A DNA stretch of 63,722 nt, the filler included, from Candidatus Delongbacteria bacterium (lineage in GTDB: Bacteria > UBA4055), in the NCBI GenBank assembly GCA_016937995.1. It is 6 parts of 6 records of this genome, joined end to end, with 100 filler letters (N's around TTAATTAATTAA, not from the genome) between each part and the next. Parts side by side here need not be neighbours in the genome. Positions count along the whole stretch, not along the records: positions 1 to 12,047 come from JAFGVM010000096.1; 5 more parts are not named here. One strand, given 5' to 3'. Under the pieces are notes generated by a model. The model had not been told where the DNA came from and ran no database searches. It worked only from the letters and a program-made list of their open reading frames with translations. A program made the position numbers and the translations under genes. Shown one piece after another: positions 1-9,537 of this stretch. Position 1 is the stretch's first letter. Each line of letters opens with the position of its first letter.

Positions 1-35
1 ATACCTCATACATCATACATCATACCTCATACCCA
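1..35. repeat. Heptamer tandem array (C[C/A]TCATA)n ending in CCCA; same type as 15914-15952
   Basis: ata-cctcata-catcata-catcata-cctcata-ccca read directly. Confidence 0.9.
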
Positions 36-40
36 AAAAA

Positions 41-91
41 AAGTCTTACACTTCTCCGATAAATCGGAGCAGGCAAACTCAGTGTGACTTT
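41..91. repeat. REP-like palindrome with a nested CTCCGAT-AA-ATCGGAG palindrome
   Basis: Aligns with 15956-15990 except for the inserted palindrome at 54-69. Confidence 0.75.
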
Positions 92-2710
92 TTATAACAT
101 ATCCTTAATTTCTTTCAATTTATTCAACGCCTCTATCGGTGTTAAATTATTTATATCGATCTCATTTAATTTTTCTCTGAGAACATCATTGTCAGAACTG
201 AATAAACTTGGCTGTTCAAGAACAATAATTTTTTCCTTATCCTTTGCCAGTTTAGGTTTTGCGTCAGGAGTTAACTCATTCTCTTCAAGATTTTTTAAAA
301 TGATATTAGCTCTGTCTATTATTTCTTGAGGTAATCCTGCAAGCTGAGCTACGTAAATACCGTAACTGTGATCAGCTCCGCCTTCAATTATTTTTCTCAT
401 GAAGATGATCTCATCCTTATACTCTTTAACACTGACTGAGTAATTTTTTACTCTGGAACAAATCCTGTCAATCTCTGTAAGCTCGTGATAATGAGTTGCG
501 AATAAAGTTCTGGATGATAATTTCGCGTTATTATGAATATACTCTATGATCGACCAGGCCAGACTGAGACCGTCAAAAGTGGCTGTACCTCTTCCTACTT
601 CATCGAAAATTATTAAACTTCTCTGAGTAGCATTGTTCAAAATATTTGCTGTTTCATTCATCTCTACAAGAAATGTACTTTCTCCACCTGCCAGATTATC
701 TGAAGCACCCACACGTGTGAATATTTTATCCACCATACCTATCTCTGCGAGGTCAGCAGGAACAAAACATCCAGCCTGTGCGAGAAGAACTATCAGAGCT
801 GTCTGCCTTAAATACGTTGACTTACCCGACATATTCGGACCGGTTATTATGTGAATATTCTCTTCTTCGGTCAAATTGAGATCGTTAGGGATATATTCTT
901 TCCCTGTTTCGATCATTCTTTCAACTACCGGATGCCTGCCATTCTTGATGTTGATGCTTACTGTATCAACAAAAACCGGTCTAGTAAAACCGTACTTTTG
1001 CGAAACAACAGCATACGAATGCAGAACATCTAGGTTGGCGATTATATGTGAATTATTCTTTATCTGAGAAATGTAGTCAAGAAGTTTGAACTTGATATCA
1101 TCGAACAGCTCCTTTTCCAGACTGGATATTTTATCATCTGCATTAAGTATGCTCTCCTCATACTCTTTCAGCTTTTCATTGATAAATCTGTCGGAGTTTA
1201 CAAGTGTCTGTTTTTTAACAAAATTATCAGGTATCTGATCAGCATATTTCTTCGTTACCTCGAAGTAATATCCGAAAACTTTGTTGAACCCGACCTTTAC
1301 GTTCGGAATACCAATTTCCTCTTTGACTTCCTGCTGTAATAACAGCAGCTTCTCTTTTCCGTGATTGATAATGTCATACAGATCATCCAGCCGGGCTGAA
1401 TATCCTTTTTTGATGAATCCACCATCGTTCATAGTAAGAGAACAATCCTCGCTGATAGAACTCTCAATGATCTCTATAATGCCTGAATTATTCTCAAATT
1501 TTGAGATAGCATCATCCACATACACTGAATTCAACTGCCTCAGCAGCTCAGCAACATCAGGTATCTTTTCAAGAGAGTCTTTCAGCTTTAAAAGTTCTAC
1601 AGGTGTTATCTTGTAAGTACTTATCTTACCTGAAAGTCTTTCAATATCCACGATTTCATTTAGAATTTTACCGAGCTCTCTGTTTATTGAATTATCATTA
1701 AGAAGTGAGTTTGTAATTTCAAGACGGCTGTTGATCTTTTCACCCTCTTTTAAAGGGTTGATCAACCATTTCTTCAATAATCTTGATCCCATTGGTGTTT
1801 TTGTAAAGTTCATTACAGCATAAAGAGTAGCACTTTTATCGCCATCTGAATTTACAGGTTCAAGGATCTCAAGGTTTTTTCTTGTCCTGTAATCTATACT
1901 GCAGTATTTATCGTTATCATATTTCTTCAAAACATTCAGATGTGAGAAACCTGATCTTATATTTTCCTTCAGATATGATAGAACAACTCCCGCTGATATC
2001 ATTGCAGGATCATTGTCTTCAAAACCCAAAGATCTCAAACTTTTCAATTTATAAAATTCTTTAAGTTTATCCACGCTTAGTTCAGGAATGAAATTCATCC
2101 CTTCAAGTCGTGTTATCATATATTTTTTTTCGTTGATATTTTTTAAAATTGAATCATCATCATGTGATATCAAAATCTCTGAAGGATCAAATATTTCAAT
2201 AATCTCGACAAGTTCATGTAACGATGAAATATTTGATGCTGAAAATTCTCCTGTCGATATATCAGAAACAGCAAAACCATATCTTTTAGATTTTTCATCT
2301 TCCCAGGCACACATAAGGTAATTATTGGCGGAACTGTCGATCATATTCTCAGACAGTGCAGTTCCTGCAGTGATTATTTCAACAATATCTCTTTTGACTA
2401 TTCCCTGGGCAAATTTAGGATCTTCGGTCTGGTCACATACTGCGACCCTGTATCCGGCTTTGATTATCCTGGGTAAATAATTATCAAGCTGATGATGAGG
2501 GAATCCCGCTAACGGTATTGATGTTCCCATATGCTTTCCCCTGGTCGTTAAAGTAAGATCAAGAACCTTACTTGCGACCTTTGCATCATCGAAGAACATT
2601 TCGTAGAAGTCGCCCAGTCTAAAAAAAAGTATATGGTTCGGATTCTGATTCTTAATATCCATATACTGTTTCATCATCGGGGTTAAATTATCTGTCTTTT
2701 CTTTGCTCAT
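92..2710 (-). CDS. mutS: DNA mismatch repair protein MutS
   Basis: TPMMKQY start, FRLGDFYEMF mismatch-binding motif, GPNMSGKST Walker A, STFLVEM, DEVGRGT, FATHYHEL; 872 aa. Confidence 0.98.
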   Translation of the reverse strand: MSKEKTDNLTPMMKQYMDIKNQNPNHILFFRLGDFYEMFFDDAKVASKVLDLTLTTRGKHMGTSIPLAGFPHHQLDNYLPRIIKAGYRVAVCDQTEDPKFAQGIVKRDIVEIITAGTALSENMIDSSANNYLMCAWEDEKSKRYGFAVSDISTGEFSASNISSLHELVEIIEIFDPSEILISHDDDSILKNINEKKYMITRLEGMNFIPELSVDKLKEFYKLKSLRSLGFEDNDPAMISAGVVLSYLKENIRSGFSHLNVLKKYDNDKYCSIDYRTRKNLEILEPVNSDGDKSATLYAVMNFTKTPMGSRLLKKWLINPLKEGEKINSRLEITNSLLNDNSINRELGKILNEIVDIERLSGKISTYKITPVELLKLKDSLEKIPDVAELLRQLNSVYVDDAISKFENNSGIIEIIESSISEDCSLTMNDGGFIKKGYSARLDDLYDIINHGKEKLLLLQQEVKEEIGIPNVKVGFNKVFGYYFEVTKKYADQIPDNFVKKQTLVNSDRFINEKLKEYEESILNADDKISSLEKELFDDIKFKLLDYISQIKNNSHIIANLDVLHSYAVVSQKYGFTRPVFVDTVSINIKNGRHPVVERMIETGKEYIPNDLNLTEEENIHIITGPNMSGKSTYLRQTALIVLLAQAGCFVPADLAEIGMVDKIFTRVGASDNLAGGESTFLVEMNETANILNNATQRSLIIFDEVGRGTATFDGLSLAWSIIEYIHNNAKLSSRTLFATHYHELTEIDRICSRVKNYSVSVKEYKDEIIFMRKIIEGGADHSYGIYVAQLAGLPQEIIDRANIILKNLEENELTPDAKPKLAKDKEKIIVLEQPSLFSSDNDVLREKLNEIDINNLTPIEALNKLKEIKDML

Positions 2711-2720
2711 TTATTCTTTT

Positions 2721-2804
2721 CCCACAGGTTGAAACCTGTGGTTATTAGGGTTATATCCAGTTGGAATAATTTTAAACTTCTGAATTCTAATTTCTAACTT
2801 CTAA
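2721..2804. repeat. REP-like element CCACAGGTT-GA-AACCTGTGG with heptamer tail (copy 1 of 3)
   Basis: Reverse-complement match to 5219-5294 and 59548-59632. Confidence 0.85.
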
Positions 2805-2806
2805 TT

Positions 2807-3781
2807 TTATAATCCTGCGTTTAGTATATCATGTAGCTTGATCAATCCAATAGGTTTACCGTCTTTCATAACCGGCATGACCGTAAAACTTCCACTTTTT
2901 TCTATTATCCTTACGGCATCATAAGCCAGCATATCATGATTGATAGACTTTGGATCTGAAGTCATGATCTTACCGGCAGTCAGATCTTCTATACTTGTAT
3001 GTTTAAGCAATATTCTTTTAATATCACCGTTGGTTATGATTCCTTTCAATTTCTTTTTCTCAATGATAAGGCATGCTCCAAGATTCTTATCGTTCATTCT
3101 GATAATAACTTCTCTGAAATCATCTTTCTCAGAACATACTGCTACCTCTTCAAGAGGATGTATAAAATCATCTACTTTTAGTAATAATCTTTTTCCCAGA
3201 GTTCCACCAGGATGGAACAGAGCAAAATTTTCTTCTTTGAATTCCTTTACATCTGACAGAACTGTTGAAAGAGCATCACCCATGACCAATGCAGCAGTTG
3301 TACTTGAGGTAGGGGCCAGATTTAAACTGCAGGCTTCTTTGTCAACTTCCGTATTAAGAACAACATGTGAATTTTTTGCAAGAGTTGAGTTAACATTACC
3401 TGTAATAGCTATTATCTTACACCCTATTTTTTTCAGAACAGGAAGCATTGCTACCAGCTCATCTGATTCACCGCTTTTTCCAAGCATTATCATTGTATCT
3501 TCATTCTGCACCATTCCAAGATCACCATGCAATCCTTCTGCAGGATGCATATGGATCGCCATTGTACCTGTAGAACTTAATGTTGCCGCTATTTTTTTTG
3601 CAATGATACCTGATTTTCCCATACCTGTAACAACTACTTTGCCTGTAGTTGACATTATCAGGCTGACTGCTTCCACAAAGTTGTCATCAAGATTATTTTT
3701 CACCTTTATTAAAGCTTCTATCTCTGTGTCAAAAACCTTTTTTGCCAAATTACTTAAATAAGAATCATCCGGTTGTCTCAT
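2807..3781 (-). CDS. kdsD: KpsF/GutQ-family arabinose-5-phosphate isomerase (SIS + CBS domains)
   Basis: VTGMGKSG, HPAEGLHGDLG, LAPTSSTTA, FALFHPGGTLG, C-terminal CBS pair. Confidence 0.93.
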   Translation of the reverse strand: MRQPDDSYLSNLAKKVFDTEIEALIKVKNNLDDNFVEAVSLIMSTTGKVVVTGMGKSGIIAKKIAATLSSTGTMAIHMHPAEGLHGDLGMVQNEDTMIMLGKSGESDELVAMLPVLKKIGCKIIAITGNVNSTLAKNSHVVLNTEVDKEACSLNLAPTSSTTAALVMGDALSTVLSDVKEFKEENFALFHPGGTLGKRLLLKVDDFIHPLEEVAVCSEKDDFREVIIRMNDKNLGACLIIEKKKLKGIITNGDIKRILLKHTSIEDLTAGKIMTSDPKSINHDMLAYDAVRIIEKSGSFTVMPVMKDGKPIGLIKLHDILNAGL

Positions 3782-3993
3782 AGCGAATACCTTTTTATTG
3801 GGGTTGTAGCCTTATTGTGGGATATTTATTTGGGAGGGAAGTAACTTAGGATTCTCTCCAGCATATTACTTGATAATAATAAGGATTATTGTCATTTAAG
3901 TCAAGACATAATAGGAAAAAAGTATCCAAAATTTATTTTGCATAACTGATAAATGATATGGTATTCCACCTTTATTTTTTTTATATTAAAAAT

Positions 3994-4440
3994 ATGAAAA
4001 AAAACGTTAGAAATATTTCAAGAATATACAAGCCTGAGATTAACTCTGAAGTAGTACTGCCCCTTTACACTGAAAAACTTTCTGCAGGATTCCCTTCCCC
4101 AGCCAATGATTACATTGACAGAGGACTTGATCTGAACGAACTGCTTATAAAAAATCCATCTGCAACTTTCTATGTTGAGATAGAAGGTGAGTCCATGATA
4201 AATGCAGGCATAAATTCAGGAGACATTCTTGTTGTTGACAGATCACTGGAAGCAAAGCATGGAACTATAATAGTAGCAATACTTGATGGAGAATTCACAG
4301 TAAAGAGACTTTACTGGAAGGGAAAAACCGTAAAGCTTTTGGCGGAAAACCCGAACTATAAACCTATTATTATCACTGATGAGATGGATTTTGAAATATG
4401 GGGTGTTGCGACAACAGTGATACATAGAATAAAAACGTAG
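3994..4440 (+). CDS. umuD: UmuD-like S24 autopeptidase (start 3994 preferred over 3958)
   Basis: SAGFPSPA cleavage motif, GESM catalytic Ser, TVKRL catalytic Lys; no HTH; upstream of umuC. Confidence 0.92.
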   Translation: MKKNVRNISRIYKPEINSEVVLPLYTEKLSAGFPSPANDYIDRGLDLNELLIKNPSATFYVEIEGESMINAGINSGDILVVDRSLEAKHGTIIVAILDGEFTVKRLYWKGKTVKLLAENPNYKPIIITDEMDFEIWGVATTVIHRIKT

Positions 4441-4441
4441 T

Positions 4442-4507
4442 TGCAATTACCCAAATGGCACCGTCTGGGGAGTAGCAACTGCGGTGATACATAAACTGAA
4501 TAAATAA
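4442..4507 (+). pseudogene. Remnant second umuD 3' end
   Basis: 4463-4507 translates VWGVATAVIHKLNK*, versus the real UmuD end IWGVATTVIHRIKT*. Confidence 0.7.
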
Positions 4508-4516
4508 AGGAAAATT

Positions 4517-5173
4517 ATGTGTGGAAGATTTGCTCAAATATATGATGACTCTGCTTTGAAGCAGGAGTTTCAGTTAGAAGATATCAGGGAAAATATTACA
4601 AATAGATTTAATATTTCACCTGGGATGGAAGTTAATACTATCATCGGGGTATCAGATAAAAATTCGTTTGTAAAACAACATTGGGGTATTAACAGTATTC
4701 ACGGCCGTGAACTGGATAATCTTGTATTCAATACAAGATCGGATACATTTATAAAAGACAGGTTCGGCAAACATTTTCATAAGACCCGTTGTATCATACC
4801 TGTCAGTGGATTTTTCGAATGGAATAATAAACAACCTTATTTTGTAAAGAGTTTAAAAAATGACATTCTTTCTTTAGCAGGTGTTTTTATTCTGGATAGA
4901 AGGACCAATGAGTATTCCTGCTCAGTTATGACCGTAAATTCTATCGGGCAACTCTCAAATATCCATGAAAGAATGCCGTTGATACTTTCCGGCTATGATA
5001 AAATCAAGTGGCTGAATAATTCAAGATCAGATGTATCCGATCTTGAAAATATTTGTTTAAAAAGGATCGATACTACTGAGTTGGATATATTCAGAGTTAC
5101 CGACAGGGTTAATTCTTTACTGCATGATTCTCCCCAGTGTATTGAAAAATTAAATGAAAATTCTTTGCTCTAA
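4517..5173 (+). CDS. SOS response-associated peptidase (SRAP/HMCES/YedK family)
   Basis: N-terminal MCGRF, RCIIPVSGFFEW, IHERMP. Confidence 0.95.
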   Translation: MCGRFAQIYDDSALKQEFQLEDIRENITNRFNISPGMEVNTIIGVSDKNSFVKQHWGINSIHGRELDNLVFNTRSDTFIKDRFGKHFHKTRCIIPVSGFFEWNNKQPYFVKSLKNDILSLAGVFILDRRTNEYSCSVMTVNSIGQLSNIHERMPLILSGYDKIKWLNNSRSDVSDLENICLKRIDTTELDIFRVTDRVNSLLHDSPQCIEKLNENSLL

Positions 5174-5218
5174 TATCACTTAAAGGTCACTATTTGACCT
5201 TATGAGTTATTTATATTA

Positions 5219-5294
5219 AAAGTCAGAAATTAGAACTTAAAAAATTATCCCAACGGGATATAACCCCAATAACCACAGGTTTCAACCTGCGGGG
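5219..5294. repeat. REP-like element with heptamer leader (copy 2 of 3)
   Basis: aattatcccaacgggata...taaccacaggtttcaacctgcgg matches 59584-59632. Confidence 0.85.
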
Positions 5295-5331
5295 AAAAAT
5301 GCACTGAGCCTACCGAAGTGTGAGAGATAAA

Positions 5332-6603
5332 ATGAAAAAAGAACATGATAAAATATTTGCATTGATCGACTGCAACAGTTTTTATGCATCCTGTGAAAGG
5401 ATTTTCAGACCTGACCTGAGAGATAAACCTGTGGCCATTCTTTCCAACAATGACGGCTGTGTTGTCGCTTTAACAAAGGAAGCAAAAGAACTAGGTGTTA
5501 CCAGAGGTGAGCCATATTTTAAGATAGATCCTGAAATAAGAAAAAATCTTTCCGTTTTTTCATCGAACTATTCAATGTACGGTGATATCAGCCACAGAGT
5601 AATGAACATACTTTCAGAGTTCTCTCCTGAGACAGAAATCTACTCTATTGATGAAAGCTTCCTTGATCTTACAGGCATGAATATTGATCTTGCCGAGTAT
5701 GGAAATACAATAAGAAAAAAGGTAAAATGGTCAACCGGAATACCGGTATCAGTAGGCATCGGTAAAACAAAGACACTGGCAAAACTGGCTAATCATATCG
5801 CTAAAAAACTTGATAGATTCAACGGTGTTCTTGATCTGTCATCTGAAAAAGACATTGATAAGTATCTGGCAATGGTAAAAGTCAGCAGTATCTGGGGTGT
5901 CGGCAGAAAACTTTCCATGAAACTTGAAAGGCAGAATATCATCACTGCCAAAGATCTTAAATACACCTCAGACGGATGGATACAGAGAAATCTCGGAGGA
6001 GTGACCGGTATGAGAACGGTCTGGGAACTCAGAGGTATTTCCTGCATTCCTCTTGACTCTGTTCCAGCTACGAACAAAGGGATCGTAAGCTCCCGTTCTT
6101 TCGGTAAACCTATTGAAACTCTCATTGGCTTGAAAGAGGCCGTATCTTCGTATATTTCCATTGGTGCTCAGAAACTAAGAAAACAGAAAACTGCGGCATC
6201 TGCGGTAACAGTATTTATCAACACGAACCGTTTTAAAGATGAACCTCAGTATAACAATGGAATAACATATAAAACCCCCTACCCTACCTCTTCGACAATA
6301 GAGTTGACAGAATATGCTCTTAACCTGCTGGAAAGAATATATAAGGATGGCTATAAATATAAGAAAGCAGGTATCATGCTTGACGGTATTGTTCCCAATA
6401 ATGCTATTCAATACAGCCTTTTCACTCCTGAAAAATTCAGTGCTGATATTGATATTACTATGGATGCTGTAAATAAAAAATGGGGACGGAATACTCTTTT
6501 TACAGCCAGCTCAGGCATCAACCAAAAATGGTCAATGAGAAGAGAATTCGTATCTCCGAGATATACCACCAGCTGGGATGATATCTTGAAAATTAGAATT
6601 TAG
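5332..6603 (+). CDS. umuC: Y-family DNA polymerase V subunit UmuC
   Basis: ALIDCNSFYASCE, LSNNDGC, SSNY, YSIDESF, C-terminal WSMRREFVSPRYTT. Confidence 0.96.
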   Translation: MKKEHDKIFALIDCNSFYASCERIFRPDLRDKPVAILSNNDGCVVALTKEAKELGVTRGEPYFKIDPEIRKNLSVFSSNYSMYGDISHRVMNILSEFSPETEIYSIDESFLDLTGMNIDLAEYGNTIRKKVKWSTGIPVSVGIGKTKTLAKLANHIAKKLDRFNGVLDLSSEKDIDKYLAMVKVSSIWGVGRKLSMKLERQNIITAKDLKYTSDGWIQRNLGGVTGMRTVWELRGISCIPLDSVPATNKGIVSSRSFGKPIETLIGLKEAVSSYISIGAQKLRKQKTAASAVTVFINTNRFKDEPQYNNGITYKTPYPTSSTIELTEYALNLLERIYKDGYKYKKAGIMLDGIVPNNAIQYSLFTPEKFSADIDITMDAVNKKWGRNTLFTASSGINQKWSMRREFVSPRYTTSWDDILKIRI

Positions 6604-6660
6604 ATTTTATAAGTTGACAGTTGACAGCTACGATATTTTATCCAAAAGTTTAAAAAAATA

Positions 6661-6843
6661 ATCTTTTGACTTACTTTCCCAGACTGTCAAGGATCTATAC
6701 AATTTATTCTCCCCGTGAAACCGACGATCCACATCACGGGGAAACCTGCGACACTGCTATAAACCAGCAGTCACTTAGGGGCAAGAACTTGGATCGTCTT
6801 GATTTTGGTCCCGATCAATCGGGATCATCAAGGAAAGTAACGT
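6661..6843. ncRNA. Candidate structured RNA / repeat with hairpin and pseudoknot, copy 1
   Basis: Stem 6710-6718/6734-6742; loop 6723-6731 complementary to 6790-6798; ends TTACTTTCC...GGAAAGTAA are inverted. Confidence 0.6.
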
Positions 6844-6897
6844 AAAAAAAATTATAATAAAACGTATTAAGATTCTGAATCAAGTTCAGAATGACGG

Positions 6898-7869
6898 TTA
6901 GCTCTCCAACTTTAATTCAAATCTACAGCGATCATCTCCTTTAAGTGGGGATTCCAATAGTTTGATCTCAAGATCCATACCGAGCATATTATCAAATGCG
7001 TTCTTTGTAAATCCGGCACTGCAATAACACCAGTTCTCATTTACTTCATTGTTTCCTTTTAACAGAGAATCTCTGACGAACTGACAGTGACAGGCATAAT
7101 ATTTTCTTTCTTCTGGAGTTCTGGCATTCAGATAATTTTCTATATCATAAGGGATCTTAGTAACATACAATTTATTTCCATCTCTTACAGCTGAAAGTAT
7201 TTCCTGGTCAGCTTTCACATAATCAACTACTTCCTGAGTGATCCTCTGCTCGAACCAGACTATATCGTTATCACAGTGATACTGCAATTCAGCCACCTTA
7301 CGATCATGAAGTTCTTTGAGAAAAGTATCTAGATCCGATGCTTTTTTATAATTTTCATGCTCTTTTGCAAAAGCTTCCTTCGGAATATTATGGTTATTTC
7401 CTATAAGAACTTTTTGGTATTTATCCTCAGGAAGTACTTTGGTAAGCCTGTTCATAAGATCTTTGGTGAATTCAGGATATGCGGATAGAGGTGATCCAAG
7501 CGGAATATCTGGAAGATCTCCGAATATTTTTTCAGAAGTATTCTCACCAACTACCTTTATAGCTCTCTTTTTAATGTTTTCAATTACACCAACACCACCG
7601 AGAATGGTAGTAAAATAAATATAGATATCATTCTTTTTCAGAAGATAGAAATATCTCGCTATTGCAAGAATATTATCAATAGAATTATCACCCTGCTCTA
7701 TAAGCATTTTCACATATTTTTTGATATCACTGACCTCTGCTGAAACTGTATCTTTATTTATTTCCTGTAGGTATTTTTCCAGTTTTTCAATATCTCTGAG
7801 GGCCTGTTCGATCTGCTGCTCATCATAATTCCTCTGCTGATAAAGTTCCTTTAATTTTTCCTTACTCAT
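6898..7869 (-). CDS. Hypothetical protein with Cys-rich C-terminus (DUF6144/V4R-like)
   Basis: 323-aa ORF with GGAG RBS; CHC, CYCSAG and GDDRCRF motifs. Confidence 0.7.
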   Translation of the reverse strand: MSKEKLKELYQQRNYDEQQIEQALRDIEKLEKYLQEINKDTVSAEVSDIKKYVKMLIEQGDNSIDNILAIARYFYLLKKNDIYIYFTTILGGVGVIENIKKRAIKVVGENTSEKIFGDLPDIPLGSPLSAYPEFTKDLMNRLTKVLPEDKYQKVLIGNNHNIPKEAFAKEHENYKKASDLDTFLKELHDRKVAELQYHCDNDIVWFEQRITQEVVDYVKADQEILSAVRDGNKLYVTKIPYDIENYLNARTPEERKYYACHCQFVRDSLLKGNNEVNENWCYCSAGFTKNAFDNMLGMDLEIKLLESPLKGDDRCRFELKLES

Positions 7870-8012
7870 AATTTCTCCTGCAAAATATTTCTATATGAGA
7901 TAATATACTAATCTTTTGATTGAATATAATATAAATCCGATGAACTGTAATAAAAAGGGATTAAAACAATTAATCTCTCACGGAGGCACAGAGGTGGTGG
8001 GTTGTGGGTTGC

Positions 8013-8197
8013 ATCTTTTGAATCACTTTCCCAGACAGATAAGGAACTTACAAATTATATTCCCCGTGAAAAACCGACGATCCATCATCACGGGGAAACC
8101 TACGACACTGCTATAAAGTACTGATAACTAAGGGGTAAAAACATGGATCGTCTTGATTTTGGTCCCGATCAATCGGGATCATCAAGGAAAGTAACGT
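8013..8197. ncRNA. Candidate structured RNA / repeat with hairpin and pseudoknot, copy 2
   Basis: Stem 8060-8069/8088-8097; loop 8076-8085 complementary to 8143-8152; close match to copy 1. Confidence 0.6.
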
Positions 8198-8213
8198 AAA
8201 AAAACATAAAAAA

Positions 8214-8241
8214 AGGGGACTAATGGAAATCGTCCCCTACA
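8214..8241 (-). repeat. GTAG-type REP hairpin
   Basis: aggggac...gtcccctaca; similar copies at 10051, 50712 and 53475. Confidence 0.8.
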
Positions 8242-8265
8242 TTATCAATTATTAATTATTCATTG

Positions 8266-9420
8266 TTAATTATAATCATAAACATTCACATAAACCTCTC
8301 CATCCTCATCCATTGCAACATATAATTTATCTCCAACAAAATAGAAAATATCTTTCATAATTAAAATTTCATTGTACACAATATTACCTTTGAATTTATA
8401 ACTATTTAAATAAACACCATCTTTGAAAATGCTGAATTCTGTATAACCACCTGCGACACTTTCGTCAGTCTTGGCTTTCTTAACCCACACACGACCGAAT
8501 TTATCGCAATAGATATCTTCAATAGCTTTATTATATGCTCTTTTAAGATCGTTTTCTTTCTTCCCATCACTATTGATCACAGCCCCTTTGAATATTTCTA
8601 TTCTGTCTTTAGAGACTTCTGATTTTTTATAACTCATTTTAACAGTCTGTTCAAGTTTTCCCGAAAGACCATATACTTTATATTTGAAAAGATTCTCATC
8701 AACTTCTGCAGTGAAAATATTATTATCTGAAAAAGTCACCGGAGTAAATATATCTGTCGGATTAACCTGTGGATTATTTGTATCTATTTCCATACTTCTT
8801 TTATCCAAAGAAAAGATCTCATTATACTTTGAATCATACATCTGTACTTCTACAGTAAAATATACAATACCATCGATCATCTTTGGTGCCATTTTAAGAC
8901 CTAGATTTCTTTCTTTGTTTATCTGTTCTAAGAACATAGGTTTCGCATCCTGTTGAAAGTGCTTAAATCCTAAAAATTCACCATCAGTATCAAACTTAAC
9001 ACGTTTAATTGCAGCCTGATCAAAAACAACGATCGTATCATTGAAAATACTCATATCTCCAAGCATTCCATATTCTCCGGGACCATTGCCTAATCTTCCA
9101 AAAGTTTTAATATATTTACCCGCCCTATCAAACTTTTTAATAGTAGAAGAGTGACTGTCAGCTATATAAATGCTCCCTTTCGAATCTACAACAATATCTG
9201 ACACTTTTGAAAATACTCTTTCTTCCGGATCATCATCGCTTTCAGTGCCTGATATTTTTATTTTGAGTTTTAAACCGGGATCAAAATCCGGTATTGAAGG
9301 TGTGCCATTATTGGTGAAATTCTTTACTCCATCAACTGTTTCCACTTTGTACGTGCTGTTATTTGAGCACGATGTCAAAGCAATTAGTAATGCCATTAAA
9401 ACGAATAAATATTTTTTCAT
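8266..9420 (-). CDS. Lipoprotein, 6-bladed beta-propeller (NHL-like)
   Basis: Lipobox LTSC; DSKGSIYIAD and FGRLGNGPGEY motifs; paralog of 49077-50180. Confidence 0.85.
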   Translation of the reverse strand: MKKYLFVLMALLIALTSCSNNSTYKVETVDGVKNFTNNGTPSIPDFDPGLKLKIKISGTESDDDPEERVFSKVSDIVVDSKGSIYIADSHSSTIKKFDRAGKYIKTFGRLGNGPGEYGMLGDMSIFNDTIVVFDQAAIKRVKFDTDGEFLGFKHFQQDAKPMFLEQINKERNLGLKMAPKMIDGIVYFTVEVQMYDSKYNEIFSLDKRSMEIDTNNPQVNPTDIFTPVTFSDNNIFTAEVDENLFKYKVYGLSGKLEQTVKMSYKKSEVSKDRIEIFKGAVINSDGKKENDLKRAYNKAIEDIYCDKFGRVWVKKAKTDESVAGGYTEFSIFKDGVYLNSYKFKGNIVYNEILIMKDIFYFVGDKLYVAMDEDGEVYVNVYDYN

Positions 9421-9537
9421 ATTTTTCTCCTGTAATTTTAATTCTTTGACTGAGGAGAAGGGAAAAGGTTGTCTTTGTGTAATTTTAGATTTTAGATTTT
9501 AGAAGTCAGATTTAAGAGAATGCGAAGAATTGTGCGA

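Noticed and set aside
2940..3761. 273-aa plus-strand ORF and similar antisense ORFs (e.g. 48147-48695, 43386-43847, 5793-6161)
   Set aside because: They shadow well-supported genes on the opposite strand and have no recognisable motifs.
3790..3993. LexA box upstream of umuD
   Set aside because: No match to an SOS-box consensus I can support; the lineage motif is unknown.
7916..8116. Short ORFs over the structured repeats (also 9530-9727 and 56464-56661)
   Set aside because: Reading frames are not conserved between repeat copies, whereas base pairing is.
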